From Auanema rhodensis (lineage: Eukaryota > Animalia > Nematoda): a stretch of DNA of 64,000 bases. The notes under the pieces were generated by a model that did no database searches, was not told the origin of the DNA, and was given only the letters and a program-made list of their open reading frames with translations. Below, piece by piece: positions 16,642 to 30,491 of this stretch; positions within the stretch are counted from its first letter, which is position 1, and every line of letters starts with the position of its first letter. Location of the stretch: positions 9,176,001-9,240,000 of the forward strand of contig OZ059900.1 in NCBI GenBank assembly GCA_964057225.1, in the 5' to 3' direction. The position numbers were made by a program, and so were the translations under genes.

Positions 16642-19112
16642 TGACGTGAGATAGTCAAATAACCGTGTAATTGTGTATATATATAGAACATTTTCGTTTT
16701 GTTTTCGTTGTTATGCATCTTATGTGGAACACAGTAAAACTCATACGTATTATTTTTTTCAATCAGAAAAGCGGCTGCAACTTTTGTTTCAAAAAAATTC
16801 AAGAAAAAAATTACTTTTTTTTCATAGCAAATTTTAAATTACACTCTATATTCAATAAGAATAATTTAAAAACAATATCAAAATAATCAAAAATATTTGA
16901 AAATAATTGACTATATGTTTAAGAATTACCGTCATTAATACATCTATATCAATATTTCAAGCCTACACACAAAGAATACTATCATATTTCGTCTGGTGCT
17001 AATGTTTCATATACTGAGAAGGATGAATTGCAAGCTGGCACTCGATTAGTGAAGCTAAAGACGTTAAAATACTCAAAAATTATGTTGGCAATATATTTTA
17101 AAATATATTGCGCTCGATTTCCATTTATTAAACATTATCATGTATGGTTTACTGTTTAATTTATTACTTCGGACATATATCGTTTTCCATCGTGTTTTAT
17201 GCCATAATTGATATATCAGCTGCTCTTTCAGATGTCGAAGCAGCTTTTATTTTTCTTATGACATTTCTCAGAAAAAGTATAAAATGTTCTTTTTTTCATT
17301 TCAAACTAGTAATTTTTTAGGTTATACTATTGTTATATTTTTAATTAGGCTCATTATTTGATAAAAATAGTTACAGAGGTATGGTGCTCTCTTCAATATT
17401 AAATTTTTTTCAAAATTATGGAGCTGAACAAAGGAATTCTTCAGCTGTTTATTATTTTCTTTTACAAAATTGCGACTACTACAAATATTATTTGTTATCA
17501 TGTTTTTTTTGATTATGCTGATTGTGTGCATAAATAAATATAAATATATACTATGTAGCAGCTGGAACAGTCTCTTGTCGAGTTTTCAAAACGACATGAA
17601 CTATTTAAGGCTATGTGATCCTTTTCTATCTATCCTTTACTTTTTTAATATAACTCATATTGTATGTTCTCTCTATTATTTTTATTCTCTTCGTTTTATT
17701 CTAGATTTAGCCATTCTCTCGTTTTCTTTCTCTCTCTCTCATGTTTCATCTCTTTTTCTAGCTTATACACAGCTGTCCCACTCAGATCGACTCATTTCAC
17801 TGCTTAGAGACCCCGCACTTTGGCAGTCAGTTCTCAACTCCGCCCATTCTCAAAAATATTAGACATCCGACTTGGATGTGGCTGTGCCTAGTTGTGAGAT
17901 AGATATATAGATAGTGAGATAAAAGAGAGCGCAAAAATGAGAAGATGCGAGATTGGGAGGAATAGTGAACGAGACAAATGATATAGTTAGAAGAAATATG
18001 AGTGATTGAGAGAAGCAGAGATCAAGTTATATGTGCTGTAAGAGAAGCAGATCCAGATAGAAAACAAAAACGAGAGTGAGGCAAGCATAAGAGAAAGCGA
18101 GAAAGAGAGAAAAGAGAAAAGATCTAGAGAGAGGAGGGTCCTCGGTCTTTTGAGGGTCTCTTGATAGCAACGAGAACTTCTTGTGCTCTGAAGGTTTTTC
18201 GTAGTTTTTCTATATTCGAACTTGTATGTATTCCCTATAAATGATTTTTTTTTGTTTTTTTTTTTTTCAAATCTTTTTTTAAACTCTTACACTACTACCC
18301 ACAACTCAATCTTTTTTCCTTCTATCATCAGCACATCTCGATTTTGTGGTTCTTTTTTTGCCTCGTTGAAATATATCAAACTTTTATCTATCTTTATGTG
18401 CTTGCGTAATGCTTGCCCATTGCAATGATTATGTATCGGCATCAATACTACAACTACTACAACTACTTCTACGTCTAGTAGTAGTACTCGTTGACTAATG
18501 TAAAAGCATTTCACTATTCATATGCGCAATATTGCTTTGTCCACTTGAATTCACAGTGAAGCCTTCTCGAAATCATTCTTCAATCTTCGAAGATATTCCA
18601 TTTTCCATCTTTCAGTTTAGCCGTATCCGATCATGCTAACTTGTAGGTGGCATATAGCTCTTGCGGTTTATTAGAGAGAAAATGTTTTTTTCTTTTTATC
18701 TTCAGCTAAAAAATCGTAGTTTTATCACATAAATCATCAGACTAAGCCTATTAGCCAGAAAGTTTCTCGTTTCTCAAACGGTCTCATATGTCATGTCGTT
18801 AAATGACACTCGTTTTTTATCGTATTCACACTTTTTGAGTGTGTCAGCTTATAAATTATCGTTATTTTTTCTGAAAAACGTTATAATTTCAGTTTATTAT
18901 TTGATTACAGTATAATGTTTTTCAATTGTTTGTCTTAAACCTTATTTAATATGTTTCAGACTGTTCTAATAAGTTTTTTCATTCTCACAGTCTGTTTCAC
19001 GTACGTAGTACGTGTGCTGTATGCGTCTGTCTCATTCACTAGCAAACTGTCTATTATATTTTTTGATTTGCCCGATCTGCTGGTGAATGCTGCATCTGTG
19101 TTCGGGCCAAGC

Positions 19113-22100
19113 ATGGCCCTGACCAAAACACAACGACAACTTTCACCAAGCGTAGTGGCATACTTGCTGCTGTGCATGACACATGTAGTACAATCCAGTC
19201 GTTATTATGAGCACTTAGATTACGGGTAAGTATCTGTTATTATTATTATTCGTTGAGTATTTTGCTATTGACCAGCACGCAAACTTTAAATTTTGACAAT
19301 ACAATAGAATGAGCTGTCAGAAATGAAGGCAAAGCTCAAATTTATATATTTTCATTTCTTTTCCATTCTGGAATCTATTGTCTATAGCGATTTCATTGTT
19401 ATCCAACTTAAACAAACCGGAATAGGCGATAGTTGAGATGGTAGTGAATAGACTTTTCTGTTAAGAGAAGAGCAAGAGAGAGAAACAAAGAAAAAGGGAA
19501 TTGTAAAATATTGCAACCATAACTGCAGTAATTATCATTATTATACTATATCATATAATTATTTTTAGATCTGTAACTAGACATTGCTACAGTTGTATGT
19601 CAGAAGAATTTCTTGATCACTGGCCACATTTGAATGAGGTACGATTTTAACATATTATTGTTATCAGAAATTTTGAGTTGGTATACTAAATTTGTACCTA
19701 TTTTCTGAAAACTTGAAAAATTGGAAATACATTTACTTTTATCCAGTATTTCGAACTCATACTAATTGTTTTTGAGCATTTTGAAGCTAACTAATTTGAT
19801 GTTCATGAAATTGTATATGTAGAGTCGTTATTTGGTTTACAATAGCCTCAATGGGAGCGCTTCGATTCATATAGTATGTGTATATATTTATGGATTTATA
19901 CGAAGCAACTAGAGATGTCTGTACGCTAGCATAAAATGCTAAATTTTGATGAATTTGACGATGACAGCTCATAAAAGGCACTTACAACGTTAGAGCAATA
20001 TTTTGGAGAATCTTCTTGAATCTGAAGAGTTTCGAGCCATTATAATGACATCTACAGCATCACGGAAGCAATTGTCTGTCTCCAACTTAGCACAATTTTT
20101 GCTATTCAATAAAAAAAAGATGTTCATGATTACCATTTTTTTTTCTTTTTTTTTTTGCTGCAAATGTATAGCTGCCAAGAAGCTTGTAAAGATGGATTAA
20201 AGCTGAAAGGGGATAAGAAGAGTATATATATATTTATATTTTTGCTCTTTAGTGCTATATGAGTAGATAAGAAAAGCTTAAAAAGTATTATATTTCATGT
20301 GGATTTGAGAAAAACATCTTATATGATATCATATTGTATTATCTCTATTTTTAGCTTAATTATTCAAAAATATTTCATAATTTTTCTCTATTCTTTTGAT
20401 CATTTTTTTTCTCAAGCACATTTCTTGACTTGTTTCATAGCTGGAGAAGCTTGTCATATGTCACCTTTTGACAAATTTGTGGGAAATTTTTCAAAACGTT
20501 AACATTACTACTATTTGGTTTCATTCTATGACATACATTTTGACAAACCACCATACACATGTATACATAACTTTGACATGAGGAAATCAGAGAGAAAGAA
20601 TATATGAAGGGTTTTGTGTAAAAGAAGAAAGAGAGAATAACTCTGCTATTCGAGGATATGCTACAACAAGACCAGATCATTTTTACTATTGTCTACGTGG
20701 TTTGAATGAAAAAATAAAGCTCATATTGTACTTTTACACAAAGTATGCCTCATTTCGCTTTTTTGAACAATTCTTCCGTTTCCTGTCTGTTCTATCTGTC
20801 AATCTGCAGATTCATATTATGATGTTCTATGAGGGGCAGGTTCGTGTTCTTCTCTGTTTGCTCTTTGATTTCTGCTACGTGTCACTATGTTCCTCATAAA
20901 AAGTTCTGATGTTTGACGAAAATATGGTTTTAAAGCGTATAATTTGCTGCCAGACGCGTAGACAAAGCTTGAACTGATGAAGGGAACAGTTGAGTACGAA
21001 TGAAAAAAATGCTACCGATAGAAAAGATGAGCATGAGGGGTTGATATGATTGCAAACAGGCTTGTAGAGAAAGACAATAGTATGAAAGTTGATGACCGGT
21101 GTAAGTATTTTGGCGGCAATATTGAACATATTGCGGGAAACAAAGCAAAGTAAACTATAAATTCGAATAGTACTGAAAATCAAAGAGATCAATTGTTGCG
21201 AAATACCTCATCAATGATTAAGCTCATAGTGTGTGTATGTGTTCAAGTGATTGATGACCACGAAATTGCCTAATTATTCTGCACATTAAGTCGTTTTTAT
21301 GTTGAAAAACATTCTATGTGTACGCGTAATTTGATTAGCACAGTTGCGAATAGTAGTAAAAGCTGAATGATGAGCGTAAATCATTATTCAGTTTCAATGC
21401 TGCACCTGAATGGTTGTGCAGTGTTTACAGCACGCTGACAGCAAAAACGGTTGAATTGGCCAATTTAGCTTATTCATCACCACATTATACACTGCTTGTA
21501 ACAACATTTGTGTTTCAAATTGCTGATAATCTTCACAATAAGCCGAGCTGTCGTCTTTCAATCAGATCATTCATACAGCGCATTAAGATTCGTTAAAATT
21601 CTTTAAATATATATCTAACAGGACGACACATTTTTCGGCAGCAGTATATTGTAATTTCCAATTTATCAATCAACCTTTATGTAAGTGGCCATAAATACTT
21701 CTTGCAATAAACTCAAATCTCATTCAAAGTATCTTTCGTTGTCTTAAGAAATGCTTTGCTGAAGAGATCTTTGGAATACTTCTGTTCCCTTCTTCTAGAA
21801 AAAGTCTTTCTAATTTAAAATATTTCAACTCTTGAATATAAGAGGGCAAGAATAAATTTCTTCTAAATTTCTTAAAACATTCAATGAAAAAAGCTCATTT
21901 TTGATTTACGTTCCAATAGCTTACAAATTTGTTTATAGACTTTTCGGCTTCGACTTATCTGTCATAGAACAAGTCGGGTCTTGATGTCAGTTTAGAATAA
22001 ATGTTTTCATTAATATTCTTCTGCCCAACAGCTAAACCTAAACTCGTTGGAGATGCAAAAGGCCATGAGTGATAGGCCAAATGTGTCATTTCTACTTTTC

Positions 22101-25100
22101 TGTTGTGGTTATATCATAGTTTTCTCTAGCTTAGGGTGGTGGTGAGAAAAATGATCGATATGAGTGATATAGTTACTACATGGTGACTGCTGTTCTTTGA
22201 AATCGTAAGAGATATTAGGCTACTAGAGTAAGAGAGAGAGGGGGAGGCGATTAGAGAAAGAGAATATAAAAAAGAGGCAGATGAGGTTGGATTTTAGAGC
22301 TAGAGTGCCATTTTAGGATATGCATTTTCAGAATCTGTCGTCCACACTGCTTGTAAATGTGTAGCATGGCAACATTATGAAATATAGTAGAGAAGTCATA
22401 GATAAACAGAAGCGGAAGCAGATGTGAGATAGTGAATGCGTTAAAGAAAAAGAAAACACATGAAATAGCATGAATTTTGAAGATTCACAGCGTTCAGGAC
22501 ACTGGGGACATGCAGCTCAGGATAATGTCAAAAGCCCGCATATCGAGACTGGTCTTGTCGAATTCCTCAGAGATTATGAAATGCTATCTATCATGCAGTT
22601 TGGCACCATTAGACTTCTGAAGAAAAGGAAGAAAATCGAAAAATGTGTAAGAAAAATTATAAAGGCTAAAAGCGTCATGACTCAAAAGTGACAAAACTAT
22701 CTTTTCATAAGCAAACTGTTGGAAGATTTTGTCAATTTTCGGAAATCAAAAAAGGTGTATTCATTCTGTAGTGAACACAGAATTCTCGTTCATTTATGTA
22801 TTCCGTAATTAGAAATTGTTTATTCAAGAGGATACTCTAAAATGTTACTAAATAAGCAAAGAGGATGTAAAAAGCAACCAATTATCTTTCTTCACATCAG
22901 CTGTAAATATCGTTTTTGCTCTAATCTTGTTTGAGAAATCTGTGTAGCAACGGTTGTTGCGCTGATTTTGACTATTTATGTTTTCACTCTCCTTACGAAT
23001 TGACTAGTTTGTTCATATCATGTGTGTGGCTGAACAGCCTGAAAATAGAATCAAAAACCACAACAGCTTCAGTATCTTTTGATTTTTTTGGCGGAACCAA
23101 TCTAAAGCAGCAATCCAAATAATTGACTAATTCAGGGGTTTGTATCTGATTAATGTATAAGCCTGGTGAGTAAAAAAGCACTATTCCAGCCATTTCAAAA
23201 GTTTCAGTTGAACTTTGTGGCAAATCAAAGAAATTTACTACTTTGTTCGGGAGTTTATTTCCTGAAATACAAGTAAAGTGCGCTAATACTCTGATGAGCT
23301 ATGACTAGCAGCTCCCATGTGTGTTTACAAATGTCAATGAAATGGCAATATGATTGGAATGCTATTGAGTTTATTTCAATGAGTTTGCTTGACAATCATG
23401 TTCAACTCATCCTCATCCTAATCATCGTGTCATCGTGAGAGAAAAAGCTGGCTGCCTTAATTCACTTACTGAATATAACTTTGATGAGTCATCAAAGCTT
23501 AAATTGACTTGTATGCAATCAAAATCGGCGTAGAACTAGGATATGGGATGTAACAGGGTTCAATTTTTTATTTTGGTTTTAGCTAAAGTGGGATATAACC
23601 AGTTGAAAAATACAAAAACGTCAAAGAATGAAACTAGAAAAAGCTGCTTTACATGATTGCATTGAGTATTTTGAGATAAATCTTGAGGATAAACTTCAGC
23701 TTTGATTAAAGATTCTACAACTTATTTATTATAATCCATCTAGTTGGAACAAACTAAATTATAAACAGCACTCAGAGCAAATGAAAATGTTTTTTAGAAA
23801 TTTAAATTCTCACAAAAAAATTAAATTTTTTAAGCATTGAATAATTAAAATGAAATTTGAAATACATATTCTTCTAGTTAAATTTTCCTTTTCAGATATA
23901 TCATCGGCCACTTAATTTCACTAACTATTGTTATAAAATATTGCCAAATGTTCATATAGGTATTACACCATGTAATACAATGTGTGTAACTATTGTTGAA
24001 CCAAGAATTTTAGCTGGTTAGTTCATTTTTAACTATATTAATCTATTTTTTTAAAAGTGTAATTATATTTGATAGCGTAGGTCAATATCTTTTGATTTTT
24101 ATTGTCCGGTGAAAATTCGTTGCAAACCAACTGCTAATTATGTGCTGTTGACAGGCGGCATTTCGGCACTAAAGATGTGATTGATTGTATATTACAATTT
24201 AAGAAAAATTGACCGATTTTAACGTTAATCTTAATAATGAAGATATCATCACAACAAATCAACTCTTATTTATTAATATAATAATAATTTTTAAGATAAA
24301 TTATTATTTTGGAAGTGATAGGGTCAGATAGTGAAGAAATTATATTATATGCTATAAGTCAATAACTTATATTAAACTATGAAATTTAAATAGAGTAATT
24401 TCTCTTTTTCAGGAATGCACGTAGGTAACAATATAATTAGAGGATGTTTTTCAAGTGTCTTCAAATACGAAGTTGTACCACGTGTTCAAGAATCGCTGTT
24501 TGTTGGTATGTTGCTATTCATATTTTCTAAAAATTAATCCAAATCTGAGCATGATTTTCCTCAATAAAAAGAATTTCAAAGTCATTTACATGACAAATCA
24601 ATTTCCTACAAAAAGCTCATTACTGAAAGCGATTCTCTATGCGGCATGCTTGTTGCCAGACCGTTTGCGTGAATACATAAACGATTAGCATGACAATGTT
24701 TATGATTCATCTACGATCGGCGCACACATAAAACGCTAGCCATTTCCGAAATCTGAATGAAAAAGCTGCAACTATTATCGAATCAGCATCTGTCTGCTGT
24801 TTCATCAGCTTGAATTATATACAAGAGAGTGAACTGAATTTCAACAGCTTGCAATTGAGGGAAAATGGAAACTAATTCAGATGTTCCAGTATCAAACTTT
24901 TTTTCAATAACACTTCAACATGAACACATTTTAAACATATTTTAGATACATCATGTACCCGACTACCAGCCAACCGATTATTGCCAGCCCATCTTTCTAG
25001 GCGGTAAAAAACTGAATGGTTTTCAAAAAACCTTTAATTTTATCTATTTTAAGATCCAGTAATCGAACAGTTGAACTATGCCTCTGTACGGGTCATCTGT

Positions 25101-25254
25101 GCAACGATTATCCACGTGTGGCAATGAATTCGACGTAAGCTCAAAAAAAATTAATCAAATACCTAACTGTATCATCTATTTCAGTTCTCAATCAACACAA
25201 ATCAGCTCTATTTTAGTAGCTTTAGCCATAGCATTATATTATACGTATATATAG
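19113..25254 (+). CDS. Ly-6/three-finger GPI-anchored protein (odr-2/hot family)
   Basis: Exons at about 19113, 19570, 23896, 24412, 24946, 25053 and 25184 splice in frame. They give a signal-like N-terminus, RHCYSCMS, RPLNFTNYC, PCNTMCVTIVEP, IIRGC, VELCLCTGHLCN and a hydrophobic GPI-type C-terminus. Confidence 0.8.
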
Positions 25255-25992
25255 CTCTTGATTCAGAACCTTATTCAAGAGATAATTTTTATAATTTTAA
25301 ACAAACTATAATATAGTTAGTGTTAACCATCAATTATAGTATTATTTTTTCTTTATTTTCTATTTTGTATCTTCAAAACAACAAATGTAGCTTACTGGTG
25401 TCATGAAATCAACAAGAACAGTGATTATATTTTTTTCAATTCCAATCAAACGTAGCTTAGTTCAACCTGTAAACTACAATTTACCTTATCTTCTTACGAT
25501 ATTTGCGCGAAATCTTTCACACTACTCGTAATCAATAAGAGTATCATTAATAATCAATATAGATTATACGATATAAACCCAAAATATTTAATTTTTGAAT
25601 TATTATCCGCATTTTCTGCATGCAATGAGAGTGTTCTTTAAAAATATAATAGATTTTGATATAATAATGTATATCCAATTCTTATTCTTATGAATTTGGT
25701 TTATTGGTTTCCATTTATTCCCGTTGATCTCAGTTTTTCTACATAACTATTCACTGTTGTATAGATATTTCTAACAATTATGTCTTAAGTATCTCTTTTA
25801 CATCTAAGATCATAAATATAATTATTGTTATAAACTATATTTTCCGGCTAAGAATGAGCTTCAATAAATATTTTATTATAACAATTCAAACATTTTTTTA
25901 ATCAATAATGTACAATTTACAACATTTTGTTTTTATGAATTTTCGTTTTTGCATATTATTAAAAGTTTTAATATTGAATTTGTTTTTAGAAA

Positions 25993-28938
25993 TTATGGAC
26001 GATCTAATTGACAAAGAGATGACTTTGAGATGGCGGCTACTGGAAGAACACCATTTTCAGATACTTCCTGAAAATTTGAGGCTTAAGATAGAGAGCACTG
26101 CAAATATAAAACATACATTCTTCATGAATTCATTGACGTCATCAAAATGTCGGCGATTGAATTCATCTGTATTACGAGCAAACACATGATAAGATCTGCA
26201 AATGATGAAGCGTCCGAAAAAAATGGTTGAAAACAAAAGTACCTGCAAGCATCATTTCCGATTGTTTCGGTCAGTATAACGTATTCATATCTGTCAGCTT
26301 CTGCTGGTCCATATCTAACCATACAATCTAGAAAAATATTTGAATTTGTAGGTGCAATTAAGAAAGATTTCTGTTACATTTTTGACGGAACTGATCAATT
26401 TCAATACTGATATCGGTGTCATCGTTCTCCACAAGTTCGCCTCTCATCTTCAATGAGGTAAGTTATATTGTTTTAATGGCAAATATGTAGTTCATATTCT
26501 TACCTCATGCAATTTGTTTCCGTTGTTGTTATCGCGGAAAAAGTAGTTCAAGTTAGATGACTTACCATTGAAAGATCCAACTAAATTAACATATTCCATT
26601 GATATTATTAATACTCGCACTTACGTTCCATTCCTATGCATGCGATAGCTCTATCAGATGTGTCAGTTCCTTCGGATTCAAGATTTTTCAGAATTCCAAC
26701 TGTTCTAAGTATTTTTTCTTTGTTTCCATAAATCTATAATGATCATACAAGCTTTATATTGAATATGCTTTGTGTTAAACCTGAGTCCAAGCTCCTTTCA
26801 TCATAGACATATCAATTGGCTTACAAACATCACAAGCATCATAGTTGTTGCGGCTAACTGGTGTACGTCGCTTGAAATCACCTTGCTCATGAACAGCAAT
26901 GCGATTTTTTAAAGCTTTCATTGTTCTAAAACTGCCTTTCTCGATAGCTTTGTCCTTGTTTTTTATTAATTCTTTCTTTAAAGCTCTAAAGAATTTCAAC
27001 ATTTTGTGGAGAAATCAGCAAGCATCAAAACCTGAGTGTTTCTTTTTCTTCTTCAGTTAGATTTCCGTGTTCGGAATCAAAGTCAATTCCATATTGCTCA
27101 CTGAAAAATTTCTTCAAATGCTCATCACCGGTGGCTACATCATCATCGTTGTATTCTGAATCACAACTTTTTTATAATTGATCATCTTTGAGTAGTCGAA
27201 ACCTCTTTGTGGTGTCGCAGGTTGGTGCATGCGTACCCCATTCGCTTTAGCAGTCAAAACCTTAAAAACAGTGCTCATGGAGATTATTTTCTATAATACA
27301 CACCGATCCTCCAGTATTATCATACGTAGGTACTTCTTGCTCTCCATAACTTGATTTTATTTTTTTCATTTGCTCATTGATTGCCTCTTGTTGTTGCTGC
27401 TGCATTAAAAGCTAAAATACAAATGTTGATGCTTGTATCAACAAAATATGCTTTTAATACCGCTGCTCCAGCTTGATGGTCAATCATTGCTTGTTGATAA
27501 CGTTTTTGGTTTTCAATATATGCCATTTGCTTAGCAGCATAAGCATTCACTTCAGCCTGATGTTTAGCCATCTCCTACAAACATTATAAATAACTCATTC
27601 AATTCAAGTTTGTCTTTTTACATGAAGATATTGACGGTTCTTGATAGCGTTTATAGACTCAGCTGTACCATCTCCTCCCGAGAGCAAGCCACTACCAGTA
27701 GCGGCAAGCATAGACAAATCGGGCATTGCCATCATGTTAGATTTTGTGTCAACTCTCTGTAATTCATAGTTTCTTGATGTAAATTAATAATTTGTTTATT
27801 GAAATACAAAGCTATTGCATATTTGTATATCTGCTCACCAATCTTTTGTCCTCTAAGAATTCAAAAGTGAAAAGATTTGTAAAAATTACTTCTGTTGGAC
27901 TAGAAATTTTACCTTTCTTTCTCGAAAATCGAAGCTCTCTCATACAAGACCTAAGCCTCCCATTCCTGCTTCTACAGAAATGTTGCCTTTCCCGCTCACG
28001 TCTGCTTATTTTCAGCCCATATAGGCTACACCTGTCCACATCTCGTCAACACCTGTCTACAACTCGCCATATATATCGTCTGACACACTATCTTGATATC
28101 TATGGAGCACTTGCTATGTATAATGCAAGTATTAATATTGATCGAAATGAGAAATTATACTGTGACTAAGTTGGCTATAACTTTGTAATATCAATGTCAT
28201 AACTTGAATTAACACAACTATATAAGAACTCTATCTATATGTTATAAAAAGAGCAGGTTATGTCGCGCTGTGAGGAAAATACAATACACATCAATACTGT
28301 AGGTTATAGTTTAGATGTTTATGCATTATTGTTGAGTTCATTTTGACTTTGGAGTGTCATCAAACTCATATGAAATATTATGACAATTTTTGTTTGCCTC
28401 ACAATTTTGATTATTTAATATTATTTGGTTTAATAAGTTTATTATAGCATACCTCAGCTGTTGGCACGTTTGGCTGTGGATAATTCATTTGTTGCTGATA
28501 AGCAAAAGGATTTTTAGGTGTATCATGCATCTGCTGCATTTGAGGTAAAGAATTGTAACCATTCATAGTATCCATGTCTTAATTCATTTTAATTGTTATT
28601 TTAAAAACATTTTCTATAAATATACCTGAGTATGAATTCATACTGCTGTCCATTATGTTCGAATTAACTGGTCGTCTTCGTACCTCAGTAGGTGTTGCCT
28701 CGACTTTCTTTTCATTTCTTTCCATTTCGGGGAACATGGATTTGACTAATGCTCCAGCCAAGTTAACAGCTAGTCTATCAACGACTGAACAAATTATGAT
28801 TATCAAAATAAATTGAGAGACATGCAACCGACTTTTTTCACCAGCAGATTGCTCATTCGATTTTTCCTCCTCAGAACTATGATGTTTACGACATTCTACT
28901 ATAGCTAGCAAGGCTAATACAGCCAAACAAAGCCTCAT
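25993..28938 (-). CDS. Secreted protein with Q/M-rich low-complexity middle and C-terminal lipocalin-like domain
   Basis: Signal peptide MRLCLAVLALLAIVEC and Q-rich exons. The C-terminus has CDVCKPIDMSMMKGAWTQ (GxW) and YEYVILTET..C.SYHVFARNTDEF, as in nematode lipocalin-like folds. Confidence 0.6.
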
Positions 28939-30491
28939 TCTAAAAAAACTTAAATTTAAGATCATAATCAGCTTTGAAATCAACGAATAAATATTAATAG
29001 TATATTTAGAAACAGTGTCTAGTACGTTTGTGGATATTGAAACGAAATAAACTTAATTTCCTTAAAGATAACGAAAAAGGACGAAGGATTATGAGAGAAA
29101 ATGGAAAGATCGAAATGATAAGGTGAAACCTGGAGTGAAGAGAACGGATTTAAGAGAAAGGTGTTGTAAAAGATTAGGTCGTGTCTTCTCCTAACGTTCG
29201 ACCTAATTTTTATAATCACAAGCAAACTTTTCGAAACAGACAATGAGACTATCAAAAGTGAATGGATATGATAAATTACTCGTTTGTTTTTCATATCAGT
29301 AGTTTTTGACAAAAGTGATTGAGCAGTCTTTATTCTTCACACATACTGGTATCATATTTGTCTTGTTTATCTAGCTTGTGGCCGTGTATTATCGTTACTC
29401 GTGTTATGTGCTACAATCATGTTCAGCAGACTTTTTTCATTGATACATTTTAATCGACTTAATGTATTCAGGTCGACATAAGTTTACTTTCGACCAAAAA
29501 AATTTCAAACAACGTTTTATTCATGTTCATTTTGATTTATCATTTGTAATTGAACAACATAGACCAGAAAATTCATTTTTTTCATCTTCAATACATCTTC
29601 TGTTGCTGACCTTTTCTTCAACTGATTGCTGTTCTATTTTGATCGCTATGTGTATGTAGGCCATATCGACAATGCTGAACATCCATAGGATTTGATGATC
29701 TTATCGCTGCATCGCAATACCTCCCACCGTCTCTTTATCCCTGTTTCGAGAGAAGAACAGAAGGAGAAAAAGTTTTCATGCAACACCAGGAAACTTAGAT
29801 GATGAATGTAATCAACAAATGCAGACAGAATCAGGGCTATTACAATAATTTTATTGGAAATTCTTCAATGACAAAGACATATTAAGAGACTTACAAGAAT
29901 TATGCTCCCAACTATTCAAAAGATGAGTTAGAAGCAATCATCAAGCAAGTTAAAACTTGTTATTACAAAGAACACAAAAACTCATGTCAAATGAATTGGA
30001 TTAAATGATATATTGAAGCATATGATATGATCATAATATATGGAATACCTAGAAAAATCCAGAGTTGAACATGGATGAAGCATAATAAGAACTAAACGAA
30101 GAAACTGATTGTAAACGCTTCAAAGTATGATGATGCGACACAATGTAGGAGAAGTCTAACAAGTACAACAGCATCACATATTGAAGTGTTATGCTTTCGT
30201 GTTCTTGAGTAACCAGTAAAGTACAATAAATGACAAACTCCGTAAGGCCATAAGGTAGCGTTTCTACGTGTAGGAACATGAATATTTGTATTGCCATACG
30301 TAGACAAATAATTGTCATAGAAAATTACAAACATGACAACACGAATGTTATCGATCAAAATGATAAAATGAAGAAGCTCTTTGGAATAAAGAGATGACGT
30401 GGAATTATTGATTATCAACGATTGATGTTTGAGGAAGTTGAAACAGAACAAACAACTTCTATATAAAAAAATCTAAAACGTTGGTAGCATC